This document shows, piece by piece, positions 8,565 to 18,630 of a stretch of 62,735 nucleotides of DNA (positions are counted from its first letter, which is position 1; the number at the start of each line of letters is the position of its first letter). The stretch covers positions 1 through 62,735 of IMG/VR virus record IMGVR_UViG_3300042448_001551; one strand, 5' to 3'. The stretch is from a virus. Taxonomy: Duplodnaviria > Caudoviricetes. Under the pieces are notes generated by a model, which worked only from the letters and a program-made list of their open reading frames with translations, was not told where the DNA came from and ran no database searches. Made by a program: the position numbers and the translations under genes.

Positions 8565-10070
8565 TTATTTAGCTTTTGCATGACCATATTTATCCACATC
8601 ATAGATTTTATTTCCAGTAAAAATCACTAATTGATTTCTACTTTGGTATTCTTGCAAAGTTTGATGATTAAAATGATTAAATTTTGCTCCTTCTACACCT
8701 ATAAAAAATGCTTTATCACAATATTCAGAACAATGGTCTTCTGCATCAGTTATTACTAATGCATTTATTCCTATATTTTTAATGTGATTAACAGTCACAT
8801 TTAAGTTAGTGCCGCCACCGCCAGTTATCATAGATATACTTATTAAATCATTTTTACTTTTTTTAACACGAGTGTCAAATAAATAAACATCATTTAACAT
8901 ATCCATTTCTTTTAGTTTAGCAGCAATAGACTTTGCAAAATCTATTTTGGTTACAAATTTACCTTCTATATTTCTCACACCACAACCAGAATTCATAGAA
9001 CCTGAAACATCAATATAAATATCTATTTTACCTACAGACTTTGAGTTTTTTATTAATACATCCTCTAAATGAATTTTTCTTAGTTTAGGATGTAGTAATT
9101 CAAAATCATCTAATCCAGCAATATTATCACTATTAAATAGATCTTCATAGACAGGTATTGTTTGAACAGAGAAAAAACTAATAGATTTATCTAATAATTT
9201 TTTAATTTTTTCTTTTAATGATGTCATGGACAATCTCACATTAGCCAAATTACCAGCTATTTTTCTCATATAATCAGGACTGATTTTAGATGCTTCTTCT
9301 CCACCAGATGAACGTAAAGCATCATCAAAAAGTCTATCTTGTATATCCTGATCAAAGTTTTCGTCCATCATTTTACATGTCTGTTGAGCATCATTCATAA
9401 GTCTGTCTAACATATTTTTTGATGTTCCTTTATCAAACATATCTTTAAGATCTTGATCTCCCTGACCGTTTGGATTATCACCTAAATCATTTTTAATTTT
9501 ACTAGATGCATCTGGGTCTATATACTCCATTATAGTTAGCTGTAAAGCATAATACAACATCATATTTTTAGTAAATATAGATGATTTTAATGCAGCTCCC
9601 TCTGACATAATTTTACCCACTGGATTATTTGCCCTTTCTAAAAACTTATATTTAAACTGATTTTTATCATTTCTGGTTTCAAAATCAAGTTTATCTATTT
9701 TATTATAATACATTTTATAAATATCCTTTTGGATGTGATCAGGAAACTTTTTATAAGTTTCTCTCACTTTAGTATAAAACTTACCATAATCAGGTTTTTT
9801 ATCTGCATCTATTTTTGCAAAATCTTTTGTTTTAGCAAAATTATTATACTCAGATTTTATTTGTTCTTGTGTAGAAAAAGCCCCTTCCACTATATTATCT
9901 AGCTTTCTTTCATCTATATAATGTAAATAAGGTTTAATTAAATCTTCTTTTTTATAAAATTGTATTTTACCAAAAAGACCATCATTCTCTTTATAATAAC
10001 TTTTTATTTCCCCTTTCTTTACTTTTTCTAAAATAGTATAGACGTTTTTATATTGTTTTCCACTAGCCAT
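8565..10070 (-). CDS. VWA-domain protein (ViaA-like partner of a MoxR ATPase)
   Basis: MIDAS DVSGSM, GGGT and ITDAED motifs; downstream of a RavA-like ATPase. Confidence 0.8.
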   Translation of the reverse strand: MASGKQYKNVYTILEKVKKGEIKSYYKENDGLFGKIQFYKKEDLIKPYLHYIDERKLDNIVEGAFSTQEQIKSEYNNFAKTKDFAKIDADKKPDYGKFYTKVRETYKKFPDHIQKDIYKMYYNKIDKLDFETRNDKNQFKYKFLERANNPVGKIMSEGAALKSSIFTKNMMLYYALQLTIMEYIDPDASSKIKNDLGDNPNGQGDQDLKDMFDKGTSKNMLDRLMNDAQQTCKMMDENFDQDIQDRLFDDALRSSGGEEASKISPDYMRKIAGNLANVRLSMTSLKEKIKKLLDKSISFFSVQTIPVYEDLFNSDNIAGLDDFELLHPKLRKIHLEDVLIKNSKSVGKIDIYIDVSGSMNSGCGVRNIEGKFVTKIDFAKSIAAKLKEMDMLNDVYLFDTRVKKSKNDLISISMITGGGGTNLNVTVNHIKNIGINALVITDAEDHCSEYCDKAFFIGVEGAKFNHFNHQTLQEYQSRNQLVIFTGNKIYDVDKYGHAKAK

Positions 10071-10143
10071 TATTATATTTTTTAAAGAGAGGGATTTTTA
10101 TTTCCCTCTCTTATTATTAAAAATTGTTTTTATACTTTTAAAA

Positions 10144-11550
10144 CTATATAATGTCTGCTGGAGCACCTTGAGCATTTGGCACAGCGTCTAAGTCATTTAA
10201 AAGACTTTCAAAATCTTCTGATTTACTAGCACGGGCAGGATGATTTTGTAATAGATAGTTCATAGAAGTTTCTATTTCTTCCACTTGAGCTTCATCCATG
10301 ATGTTACGGCTAGTATAAGTATTAATTAGACCCTCTATTTCTGCAATAGCAAGTTCTAACTGATCATTAGTAGTATAACTATGTAACATTTCCACTTTAG
10401 ACATTACAGCTTTAACTTCTGGACTCATTAGCTTATTCTGTAATTCAGAACCAGCTGTTTGATTAATCATAATTTGAGCTGTTTTAACTAATGCTTTATC
10501 AATACTAATATCCCAAACATAACTTACAGCTTTAGCTAATTTAGGTACAAAAGTTAATGTACGATCTGAACTATGACTATAACCTATTTCAAGATATTTC
10601 TCTAGTTTATTAACTGGAATATTAATAGACTCTATCTCTGTATTAGATGGAACACCAATCTTAAAGTGTTCACGATAGTTTCTAGCACCCTTGTTGTAAT
10701 ATTTAACTAACTCTCCTGCAGATACACGGTTTACTGTCATTTTTAACATAAAACGATCCCAGAATGGAGAATCTGCTTCTTCTTTAGGAATTTCATTACA
10801 TGTTGCTACAAACAGTTTCCACTTACAAGGAATTTTGTGTTTACCATTAAACAAGAACTTCTCATTCATTACACCTAACATGGCATTACGGATAGCTGAA
10901 GAAGCTTTATCCACCTCATTAATAATTACAATCTCAGCATCTGCAATTGGAGTGTTAAGATCATATTTATTATCAGTAAATAATTTACCAAGATCAGGCA
11001 TACCTTTAATTTCTGATGCTTTAGTACCTTCATCAGTTTCTAAAATGTATATTTTATTTGCAAAATCTTCTGCAGTCATTTTACCGTCTTTATTTAGCCA
11101 TGCTTTAGCATATTCTATAACAGTTTTAGTTTTAGCCACTCCAGGTGCTCCAACTAACAAACAAGGAAGTCCAGTGGACTCTGCTAATGCTAACATTTTA
11201 AATACTTCTTCTTTATTAATTAAAGAAGTTTCAATCACTCGCACGTCTTGTGCTACTTTTTTTACTACTTGTCTAGATTTTGACATTTGTTTTGTTTTTG
11301 TGTGTGTTATTATTTGTTTACTTTTTAATAATTTAAAAGATCCTTCAGAATAAAATCCACTAAATCCTGGTCCAAATGATGGATAAGTGGTATATCCTAA
11401 ATCTCTATAATCATTAAATACCACTTGTTCAGTATAATATCCTAATGATGTTATTGTTGCTATTTTGCCTATATGATCAGGATTTATTCCAAGACCTGCT
11501 TTAACAACTTTTACAGTGTCTCCTATTTTAAATCTATGCTGTAAAGACAT
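10144..11550 (-). CDS. MoxR/RavA-like AAA+ ATPase with an N-terminal SH3/KOW-like extension
   Basis: GAPGVAKT Walker A, IIINEVDK Walker B variant, NAMLGVMNE and FWDRF. There is a possible internal start at 11286. Confidence 0.85.
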   Translation of the reverse strand: MSLQHRFKIGDTVKVVKAGLGINPDHIGKIATITSLGYYTEQVVFNDYRDLGYTTYPSFGPGFSGFYSEGSFKLLKSKQIITHTKTKQMSKSRQVVKKVAQDVRVIETSLINKEEVFKMLALAESTGLPCLLVGAPGVAKTKTVIEYAKAWLNKDGKMTAEDFANKIYILETDEGTKASEIKGMPDLGKLFTDNKYDLNTPIADAEIVIINEVDKASSAIRNAMLGVMNEKFLFNGKHKIPCKWKLFVATCNEIPKEEADSPFWDRFMLKMTVNRVSAGELVKYYNKGARNYREHFKIGVPSNTEIESINIPVNKLEKYLEIGYSHSSDRTLTFVPKLAKAVSYVWDISIDKALVKTAQIMINQTAGSELQNKLMSPEVKAVMSKVEMLHSYTTNDQLELAIAEIEGLINTYTSRNIMDEAQVEEIETSMNYLLQNHPARASKSEDFESLLNDLDAVPNAQGAPADII

Positions 11551-11560
11551 TATATAAGAA

Positions 11561-11890
11561 TTAAAGATTTGCAAAAAGCTCAGCAGCGTTATTAGTTTCT
11601 TCAACTTTAACTTTTTCTACTTCTACTGGTTTTGTTTTATTTTGATCTTTTTCTTCCACTTTAAAAATAGTAACTTTTGTTTTAACTCCTTGTAAAACAG
11701 GTAGTTTACGTATCACTTTAATTTGATATGGGTTTGCTGAATACTTTTCTTCTATAGAACCATAACCAAGGTCATCTTTTTTTAACCATGTAAGACCACT
11801 GTGTAAATCTGCAATAAGATCTTCTGCTACAATACTACGTTCAGTTACTTCTACTTCTTCTGTGTTTACTTCTACGTTGTTAATTTTCAT
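11561..11890 (-). CDS. Hypothetical protein
   Basis: 109-aa co-oriented ORF. Confidence 0.65.
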   Translation of the reverse strand: MKINNVEVNTEEVEVTERSIVAEDLIADLHSGLTWLKKDDLGYGSIEEKYSANPYQIKVIRKLPVLQGVKTKVTIFKVEEKDQNKTKPVEVEKVKVEETNNAAELFANL

Positions 11891-11908
11891 TTTGATTTTT
11901 ATTTTTGG

Positions 11909-12628
11909 TTACCAATTAATTGTAAATTCTTTTCCGTTTTGTTCTGTTATAATCTTATTTGTTTCTGCAAATACATCTTCACAATTCCAAATTGTCTTTG
12001 TATAAGCAGCAGATGCTGGATGAGATGCTTTTAGAATATGATGACTTTCACCATCAATAACATCTTCTAATTCTTGGGCTGCTTTACCTAATAGTATAAA
12101 AACAATACCTTTATCTGTAAAATTAATAACGTCTATTACATACATAATAAAGTCTTTCCATATACTAGCATGAGAACCCACTTTATCTATTTCACAAGAA
12201 AGAGCTGAGTTTAATAATAAAACACCTTGATTAGCCCATCTGGTAAGATCTGGATCACGTTCTGATGGTACTCCTTCATTAAGTGTAAGATCTAATGCTT
12301 CAAATATATTTTTTAAACTAGGTTGAGGTTTACCTGTTAAACCACAACTAAAAGCAAGACCGTCAGCTACACCAAAGTGAGGATAGGGATCTTGTCCAAT
12401 TACAACCACTTTTAAATCTTTTATAGGACATTCCTCAAAAGCTCTAAACATGTGTTTTAATGGTGGTGTAAATCTTTTACCCTCATTTCTAAGATTGTAT
12501 AATGTACTAAGGATTTTATCAAAATCTGAAGTTTGTACAAATCCTTTTAATTTATTAGCCCAACCTGATGGTTTAAGCTTTTCTATAAGTTTTAATTTAA
12601 TTTCTTCAAGATCTACTGAAGTTGTCAT
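11909..12628 (-). CDS. ung: Uracil-DNA glycosylase (family 1)
   Basis: GQDPYP, GLAFS, PSLKNI, WANQGVLLLN and SHPAS motifs. Confidence 0.95.
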   Translation of the reverse strand: MTTSVDLEEIKLKLIEKLKPSGWANKLKGFVQTSDFDKILSTLYNLRNEGKRFTPPLKHMFRAFEECPIKDLKVVVIGQDPYPHFGVADGLAFSCGLTGKPQPSLKNIFEALDLTLNEGVPSERDPDLTRWANQGVLLLNSALSCEIDKVGSHASIWKDFIMYVIDVINFTDKGIVFILLGKAAQELEDVIDGESHHILKASHPASAAYTKTIWNCEDVFAETNKIITEQNGKEFTINW

Positions 12629-12660
12629 AAATAGTATTTATATTTGTAAAAATATATTGT

Positions 12661-12957
12661 ATGAGTGAGAAAAAATTAACATATATTGGTATTAAGAAAG
12701 ATACCACTTTTCCTATTACAGTTGGAGGAAACACTTTAATTAATCTTCAAAAACTATTATTATTTTTAATAGCTGATAAATCTGAAGAAGAAATAAAGAT
12801 TGCTCAAGAAAAAATTATGCAACAAAAATATGATGAAGAATGGTATGAGCATGTAGCATTTATTTCTTTTATGATAAATGCTATGGAAACTGAGGCTCAT
12901 AAATTAGGACTCACTGTAGAAGAAGATTTATCAGATCCTAACTTAGGGCAAAATTAA
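12661..12957 (+). CDS. Hypothetical protein on the opposite strand to its neighbours
   Basis: 98-aa ORF fills the gap and is preceded by TATATTTG at 12639-12646. Confidence 0.6.
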   Translation: MSEKKLTYIGIKKDTTFPITVGGNTLINLQKLLLFLIADKSEEEIKIAQEKIMQQKYDEEWYEHVAFISFMINAMETEAHKLGLTVEEDLSDPNLGQN

Positions 12958-13333
12958 CTTCTTGTCCAATCTCTATAGCAGCTTGTATAGCTAAAGATAA
13001 TTCATCTCTAGAACAATCTGCAAAAGACTTAGCTAAAAAATATTCCTTTCCTGCCACAGACCGAGCTATACAAAGACCAGCTCGGTCTTTTATTAATATC
13101 TTCATATTCTCCACTGTTTCTCCCACATGCATAGCTAAATGTTTTATCATAACATGTAATTTAGCCAGCTGAGGAAGTGTACCATCATCATGTGTCACTT
13201 CATAGAATACTTCTACAATAGAACCATCTTTAATATGATTAACAAATAGTTCAAATTGTTTAGATTGACTTAAAGTGGAAAATTTTAAATCTCCATCTTT
13301 TTTAATGTACTTTCCTGTAAAATGTTGTTCCAT
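12938..13333 (-). CDS. Hypothetical protein
   Basis: 131-aa ORF coupled to the helicase stop codon. Confidence 0.65.
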   Translation of the reverse strand: MEQHFTGKYIKKDGDLKFSTLSQSKQFELFVNHIKDGSIVEVFYEVTHDDGTLPQLAKLHVMIKHLAMHVGETVENMKILIKDRAGLCIARSVAGKEYFLAKSFADCSRDELSLAIQAAIEIGQEVNFALS

Positions 13334-14439
13334 TATTCTTTATTTTTAGCTGAATGTACTTTGATTTTTTTAGAATCAAAATCTTTAATAGCTTCTGTAA
13401 TCCACTTTTCATCCACTGTATCCTCATAACATAAAATATGCACTACAGCTAATTCGCCTGGACTAAGTCTTAAAGTTCTACCAAGTTTTTGGGCAAACTT
13501 TCTTTCATTACCAAACGAATGTAAAATAATAGAAGCTCTTAAATTTGGAATGTTTACACCTTCATTTAATTGTTGAACACAAGATAATAAATCTATTTCT
13601 CCTTTTTTAAATTTATCTAGATTAATTTCTGAGTTTGGATTTTTACTATGATAGGAGTGTTTAGACATTCTATCAGCTTGTTCTTGAGTGTTGCAGAACA
13701 AAAGACACTTATCATCTATTTGTTTTAATAGATTTAATGCATAGTTTTCTTTAGTTTTAAAGTCCATTAATGCACGCATTCTCATTAAAGATGTAATTTG
13801 TTTTTGTTTCATACCTGCACTTTCTCTAAAACGCTTAGTCCAATACTCATAATGATTAGATTCTGATGTAAAAAAAGTTTTTTGGGTTTTTAAAACAACA
13901 GGAATATCGCTCACTTGAGAAAGAGGCATTTTATGTATTACAATTCTATAATCATTTAATATTTCGTTGTCAATAGCGTCATCTGTTAAATAACTAAATA
14001 CAACAGGACAATATTTATTTACAAGAATTCCTTTTTCAGAGTTATTATATCTAGGAGGAGTACCAGTGAGACCTAATATTCTACCAGAATATTCTTCTAA
14101 AAAAGCTTCACTACTTGGTAGTATAGAATGACATTCATCTAAGACTAAAATATCATAATATTTAGGATTTTGCTTTGGTAAAGATAGATAAGTGGTAAAA
14201 CTTATATTATCACTAGATATTTTAAATTTTTTTGCATCATCAGTCCAACTTGTAAAAATAGAAAGCTTAGGGGCTACAACTAACACTTTTAGTTTAAACA
14301 TATTAGATTTTTGTAAATGCTCTATATATTTAAGACCTAAAAGTGTTTTACCTACACCCATTGAAATTGCTGCTGTACAACGTTGATGCTTTAAGATTTT
14401 ATCTAAAGCTTCTTTTTGTATTTCATCTTTAGTTAACAT
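13333..14439 (-). CDS. Superfamily 2 (DExH) helicase
   Basis: MGVGKT, DECH, GLTGTP, LNEGVNIP and QKLGRTLR motifs. Confidence 0.9.
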   Translation of the reverse strand: MLTKDEIQKEALDKILKHQRCTAAISMGVGKTLLGLKYIEHLQKSNMFKLKVLVVAPKLSIFTSWTDDAKKFKISSDNISFTTYLSLPKQNPKYYDILVLDECHSILPSSEAFLEEYSGRILGLTGTPPRYNNSEKGILVNKYCPVVFSYLTDDAIDNEILNDYRIVIHKMPLSQVSDIPVVLKTQKTFFTSESNHYEYWTKRFRESAGMKQKQITSLMRMRALMDFKTKENYALNLLKQIDDKCLLFCNTQEQADRMSKHSYHSKNPNSEINLDKFKKGEIDLLSCVQQLNEGVNIPNLRASIILHSFGNERKFAQKLGRTLRLSPGELAVVHILCYEDTVDEKWITEAIKDFDSKKIKVHSAKNKE

Positions 14440-14446
14440 TATTAAT

Positions 14447-14725
14447 TTATTTTAATCCGTATTGTTTCCTGTGTTTTAAAATTTTATTTTTATCTTCTAA
14501 ACAATCATCATAACAACCAGTAGTTAGATAATCAGGTTTTCCTGACATATTCCATTGTCTAAAATTAATCATTGTTAAATCTTTTAAAAGATAATAAGTC
14601 TTTCCCACTGTACTAAACATTTTAACTTTAGCATTAACGTGTTCTAATTGTTTTGCACCATGATTTAAAGATCTAACCATCTTTAAATGAGCTGTGCAAT
14701 TTGAATTTCCGATTTTAAATGACAT
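14447..14725 (-). CDS. Hypothetical protein
   Basis: Co-oriented, tightly packed ORF. Confidence 0.55.
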   Translation of the reverse strand: MSFKIGNSNCTAHLKMVRSLNHGAKQLEHVNAKVKMFSTVGKTYYLLKDLTMINFRQWNMSGKPDYLTTGCYDDCLEDKNKILKHRKQYGLK

Positions 14726-14728
14726 ATA

Positions 14729-15673
14729 TTATTTTTTTTTATTGTTTTCAAACCATTCTGGAATATCTGCTAATACAATATCTGAATGATCTATTAATAC
14801 TTTATCTAATAAAAGTTTAAGTTCTTCTTCACTATACATTTTTTCTTGTCTTTTAAGAAGTATGGCTATACCTTTTTCTAAAGTTTGAATAGCATCGTCT
14901 TTAAAAAACAATTCAGCTTGACATTTAGTAAATAAAATATGACTTTCTACAATTCCTTCTTTACTTGCATGAATGTCTGGGTAAGACTCATCACCACAAA
15001 TTTGTTTAGTAAATCTATTATTTACCCATATTTCAGCAGCTTCTTCTAATGTTTCTTGTTTACTATTATTAAGAAATTCTTCAACTGTTGGACCCACTTT
15101 ATCAGATTCAGCACTTTTTTCCCACTCTTCTAATAACTTCTCTCTTGGAGTATTTTCAAAATGCTTTTTTAAATCTTCATAAAAGTTAGAAGATTGTTTA
15201 GGTTCTTCTTGTGGGATGATGATTTTGTAAACAGAAATCCAAATGTATTTATGTTTTGTTGGTTTTAATTCTTCAGGATTTATCCATTTCTGACAACCTT
15301 CATCTTCAACCTCAATACTTTCACAATTTGGATTCTTTACAAACCATTCTAAAAACTCATCATCAATAGCTTGTACACCATCTTTGATTAAATCGGGGTC
15401 TGTTGTAAGGATGATTCTTTTGCAGAAATGTGGATTTGGCTTAAACGTATGTTTAGTTATAATATGAACATCTCCTACTGGGTCTCTATGATAAAAAGCT
15501 CCACTATCAAATATAGAACTATCATAAGGTAATTTTTCATCAGAAGTTATGTAAATGTGTTGGTTAATTGTATGACCACCTGAATTTTGCAAGATACTAT
15601 CTAAGTGTAATTGACCATTATTAGAGTATAACCTACTTGGTTTATCTGTTGGTATTAAATAAATATTTTTCAT
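14729..15673 (-). CDS. Hypothetical mosaic phage protein
   Basis: MKNIYLIPTDKPSRL start; IILTTDPDLIKDGVQAIDDEFLEWFVKNP, KQETLEEAAE and MYSEEE segments. Confidence 0.7.
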   Translation of the reverse strand: MKNIYLIPTDKPSRLYSNNGQLHLDSILQNSGGHTINQHIYITSDEKLPYDSSIFDSGAFYHRDPVGDVHIITKHTFKPNPHFCKRIILTTDPDLIKDGVQAIDDEFLEWFVKNPNCESIEVEDEGCQKWINPEELKPTKHKYIWISVYKIIIPQEEPKQSSNFYEDLKKHFENTPREKLLEEWEKSAESDKVGPTVEEFLNNSKQETLEEAAEIWVNNRFTKQICGDESYPDIHASKEGIVESHILFTKCQAELFFKDDAIQTLEKGIAILLKRQEKMYSEEELKLLLDKVLIDHSDIVLADIPEWFENNKKK

Positions 15674-15674
15674 A

Positions 15675-16064
15675 TTATTTTGATTTAACTATTTCAATAA
15701 GTTTAACAAGACAAGCTAATTCAGCTTCTTCGTAGGTCCCAACCTCCCAATCTGCAAATAATTCAGTTCTTGTCCCATTAATAAAATTAATAATGACAAA
15801 ACCAGTTACTTCTTTTCTATCATCATTCGTTTGTCCATAACTTCCATAAATTTTATACTTCTCTCTAAAAAACCTAAATGCTTGTGAGAATGTGGGAATA
15901 CCAAAAGGTTTTGTAGGTAAATCGGTTTCTCGATGAACCTTATAACCATTACCTACATGTATAGTGTTAGGATACTCTAAAGTTGCCCAAGCCAAACAAG
16001 GTTTATCAAACCCAATTGACTTTAATTCTAATGCTTGTTCATATGATACAAATTCTTTATTCAT
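15675..16064 (-). CDS. Hypothetical protein
   Basis: MNKEFVSYEQALELK...TYEEAELACL, co-oriented. Confidence 0.7.
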   Translation of the reverse strand: MNKEFVSYEQALELKSIGFDKPCLAWATLEYPNTIHVGNGYKVHRETDLPTKPFGIPTFSQAFRFFREKYKIYGSYGQTNDDRKEVTGFVIINFINGTRTELFADWEVGTYEEAELACLVKLIEIVKSK

Positions 16065-16452
16065 TTTTTAATCTTGATTCAGACAAACCTAATTCTTTAG
16101 CTTCTTCAGGATTTTCCTCGACAAAACGGTGACAATTACGACATAATGCTTTCCACTTGGAAATATTAAGATAATTATCTCCTATTCTTCCAGCGGAGTG
16201 ATGTACATCAGTTGCTTCTCCACTACATCCCACTAATTTAGCTTGACAATTAGGATTTGCTATTAAAAATAATTTTCTTTTTTTAGAATACTCATCCATT
16301 TCTACCTGCCTCTTTTTAGAGACAGGAGAAATAGATTTAGGTTTTTCCATAGAATACCAGCATTCTTTGCAGTACTTTTCTTTTCCTGAGCTTTTCCATA
16401 TGTGTTTAGGTTGTTCACATCCTGCACATTTTTTTAGTTTAGATTGTATCAT
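16057..16452 (-). CDS. Zn-finger/HNH-like protein
   Basis: CxxC..CxxC N-terminus and a C....C...ATDVHH...LCRNCH HNH-like C-terminus. Confidence 0.7.
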   Translation of the reverse strand: MIQSKLKKCAGCEQPKHIWKSSGKEKYCKECWYSMEKPKSISPVSKKRQVEMDEYSKKRKLFLIANPNCQAKLVGCSGEATDVHHSAGRIGDNYLNISKWKALCRNCHRFVEENPEEAKELGLSESRLKNE

Positions 16453-16961
16453 GTTAATTGAAAAAAGTTATTAGTAATTAAATGAGATTTAATTAATCTT
16501 TCAACTATCATTACAGGAGTTATTTTTAACTCTTTAAATGAAAGTGTATTAATATATGTACGATCACATTCGTTTTCATTACACATTTGTTTTACAACTT
16601 TAGAATTAGGAAATAATTTAATTAAAAACCCATTCATTTGGTTGTTTACAATCTCTTGTTTATACAAATTTAAGTTTTCTTGCACTTGAATTTGTGTATT
16701 TTCTATTTTAAACTTTTTATTTTTTGACATAGTTTTGATTTCATCTTCACTATATACATTTAAACCATAAAGAGCCTCAGCATAAACTTTTTGCTGAACA
16801 TTGTTAAACACTGGAGAATCAAATTTTTGATAATATCTACTGTTATTATATAATGGTTTTTCATTATATTTTACAAACTGATGTTTGTTTGTATCTCTAA
16901 ATGATATAATTACACCTTTAGAGTTGGCAGAAGCTGTTTTATGTTGATTACTTTGTATCAT
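16449..16961 (-). CDS. Hypothetical protein
   Basis: 170-aa co-oriented ORF. Confidence 0.65.
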   Translation of the reverse strand: MIQSNQHKTASANSKGVIISFRDTNKHQFVKYNEKPLYNNSRYYQKFDSPVFNNVQQKVYAEALYGLNVYSEDEIKTMSKNKKFKIENTQIQVQENLNLYKQEIVNNQMNGFLIKLFPNSKVVKQMCNENECDRTYINTLSFKELKITPVMIVERLIKSHLITNNFFQLT

Positions 16962-16987
16962 AATGATTACATTTAATTGTTTAAAAT

Positions 16988-17018
16988 AAAAAAAGCCTGG
17001 CTTTTACACCAGGCTTTT
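16988..17018 (-). terminator. Intrinsic terminator
   Basis: aaaagcctgg/ccaggctttt inverted repeat. Confidence 0.75.
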
Positions 17019-17022
17019 AAGT

Positions 17023-17490
17023 CTATAATTCAACTATTTCTTTCTTAACTTTCAAAACACTCATTTGTTTTTGAGCAGCTTGAACACTTCTAATATCATC
17101 ACCATTATTATGCATAATTAACTGGTCTTGAGCAGACTCGTTAGTTGTATAAAAACTCTGACGATAAATAGGTTGATCATCTAAAGTACAAGGAATACCT
17201 GTACTACCAGCAATTTTAAGATCACGGTCTGGATTTTCTGTATTAAATGGAGTTAAAGACTCAATAATAATAATTTTGCCTGTTAATTCCATACCTTCTT
17301 GAAAATCTACATTTTCTAAATCTTTTACAAGACCCTTAATAAATGCTGATCTTTTAGATAGTCTTAACCATCCTTGATCATTAATGTGTTTAGACTCTTG
17401 TTCTACACGAATATAGCCATACTCTGGGCTATTTTGATAAACACCGATAATATTACCATGTTTATCTGCTGTCACTTTAACTTTTGACAT
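17023..17490 (-). CDS. Hypothetical protein (possible OB-fold nucleic-acid-binding protein)
   Basis: 155-aa beta-rich ORF flanked by terminator-like hairpins. Confidence 0.6.
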   Translation of the reverse strand: MSKVKVTADKHGNIIGVYQNSPEYGYIRVEQESKHINDQGWLRLSKRSAFIKGLVKDLENVDFQEGMELTGKIIIIESLTPFNTENPDRDLKIAGSTGIPCTLDDQPIYRQSFYTTNESAQDQLIMHNNGDDIRSVQAAQKQMSVLKVKKEIVEL

Positions 17491-17560
17491 TTTTTTGGTT
17501 TTTATTGTGAAAAAAAATCCCCTTAGATTTCTAAGGGGACATTAAATTTAAATCTTTATT

Positions 17561-17863
17561 TTATTCTTCTATAAGATCTTTATCAACATCTAAATCAGTT
17601 AATTTGTCTATTTCAGGTGTTATATCTGGTGAGATTTCCTCTTCATCATTAGAAGAAGCTTGTTCTCTTTTTTTAAGAATAGAACCAAACCACGGATCTT
17701 CTAGAGTGTCACCATAATTATAAGCTATTAGGTATTCTAGCTCTTCATCTGACATCTCTAAATATTGTTCAGTGCTTATTTCAATAACTTTACCTGTAGG
17801 AAGTTGATATAACATATTAGTAATATAATAATATAAAACTAACATATAATTATCAATTATCAT
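17561..17863 (-). CDS. Hypothetical acidic protein
   Basis: The probable start is MLYQLPTGK; acidic C-terminus. Confidence 0.65.
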   Translation of the reverse strand: MIIDNYMLVLYYYITNMLYQLPTGKVIEISTEQYLEMSDEELEYLIAYNYGDTLEDPWFGSILKKREQASSNDEEEISPDITPEIDKLTDLDVDKDLIEE

Positions 17864-17901
17864 ACAAATAATAAATAAAGACTGGATTATAGAGCTATAA
17901 A

Positions 17902-18078
17902 TTAATTTGATTTTCTATTTTGCATATTATAAATCTTCCTTTTCCAATATGCATTAGTGTTATTTATAACTTTTTGCTGATCTTTTAACTTTTCCTTTAG
18001 ATGTAACACTTCTTTACTAAGATGATTTATAATTTCATCCTTTTTAAAAAAGTTTTTTATATTATTTATTAGTTGCAT
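17902..18078 (-). CDS. Small coiled-coil hypothetical protein (58 aa)
   Basis: Manual translation MQLINNIKNFFKKDEII...NNTNAYWKRK... fills the gap. Confidence 0.5.
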   Translation of the reverse strand: MQLINNIKNFFKKDEIINHLSKEVLHLKEKLKDQQKVINNTNAYWKRKIYNMQNRKSN

Positions 18079-18628
18079 CCTCTATTCTTTTATATAAATT
18101 ATTAAATATGCCTGCTGAGTTAGTATCAATAAAACTATTTGCTTGACTTAATTCTTCATCAAGCTGTAAATCAATTTTAGATACTAAATTACCCTTTTCA
18201 TTCACTTCTTTACCAAGCCTTTTAATATCAAAAATTTGAGTTTCTTTAAAATCTTTTCCTTCAAAAATAACAACTAAAGCTTCTTTATCAATTGGTATTT
18301 CTCTCCAATTTTTTAAATCATCTTCATCAGTTGCTTCTTTATCCACTGTTCTAACCCAAGCTTCAGCTGCCCAAACTACATAATTAATAGTACATATTTT
18401 GTTAGCTTCAGCGATTACTTCTGGAAAAATGTTGTTTAGAAAATTAATTTTTGTTTTATCACTTTCTAAAATTTCAGCAGTTAAAGGAATATGAATAATT
18501 ATAACCTTTTCTTCATTTTCTTTTTTTCCTATTAAAGAAATTTGAGCTGCTATAGAACCCATCATTGTAAACATTTCTTTTAAAGAGTCTACATACTCTT
18601 CTTTTATTGTATTATATTTTTCTGTCAT
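18062..18628 (-). CDS. Hypothetical protein
   Basis: 188-aa ORF with an AEAW motif. Confidence 0.65.
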   Translation of the reverse strand: MTEKYNTIKEEYVDSLKEMFTMMGSIAAQISLIGKKENEEKVIIIHIPLTAEILESDKTKINFLNNIFPEVIAEANKICTINYVVWAAEAWVRTVDKEATDEDDLKNWREIPIDKEALVVIFEGKDFKETQIFDIKRLGKEVNEKGNLVSKIDLQLDEELSQANSFIDTNSAGIFNNLYKRIEDATNK

Positions 18629-18630
18629 AA

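Noticed and set aside
8590-8598. Perfect DnaA box TTATCCACA
   Set aside because: It is a single copy inside a coding region with no cluster, as expected by chance in AT-rich DNA.
8565-10070. Ro60/TROVE protein partnering the tRNA-like RNAs as Y RNAs
   Set aside because: Only the VWA motifs are recognisable, no TROVE-like region could be identified, and its adjacency to a RavA-like ATPase explains it as a ViaA-type partner.
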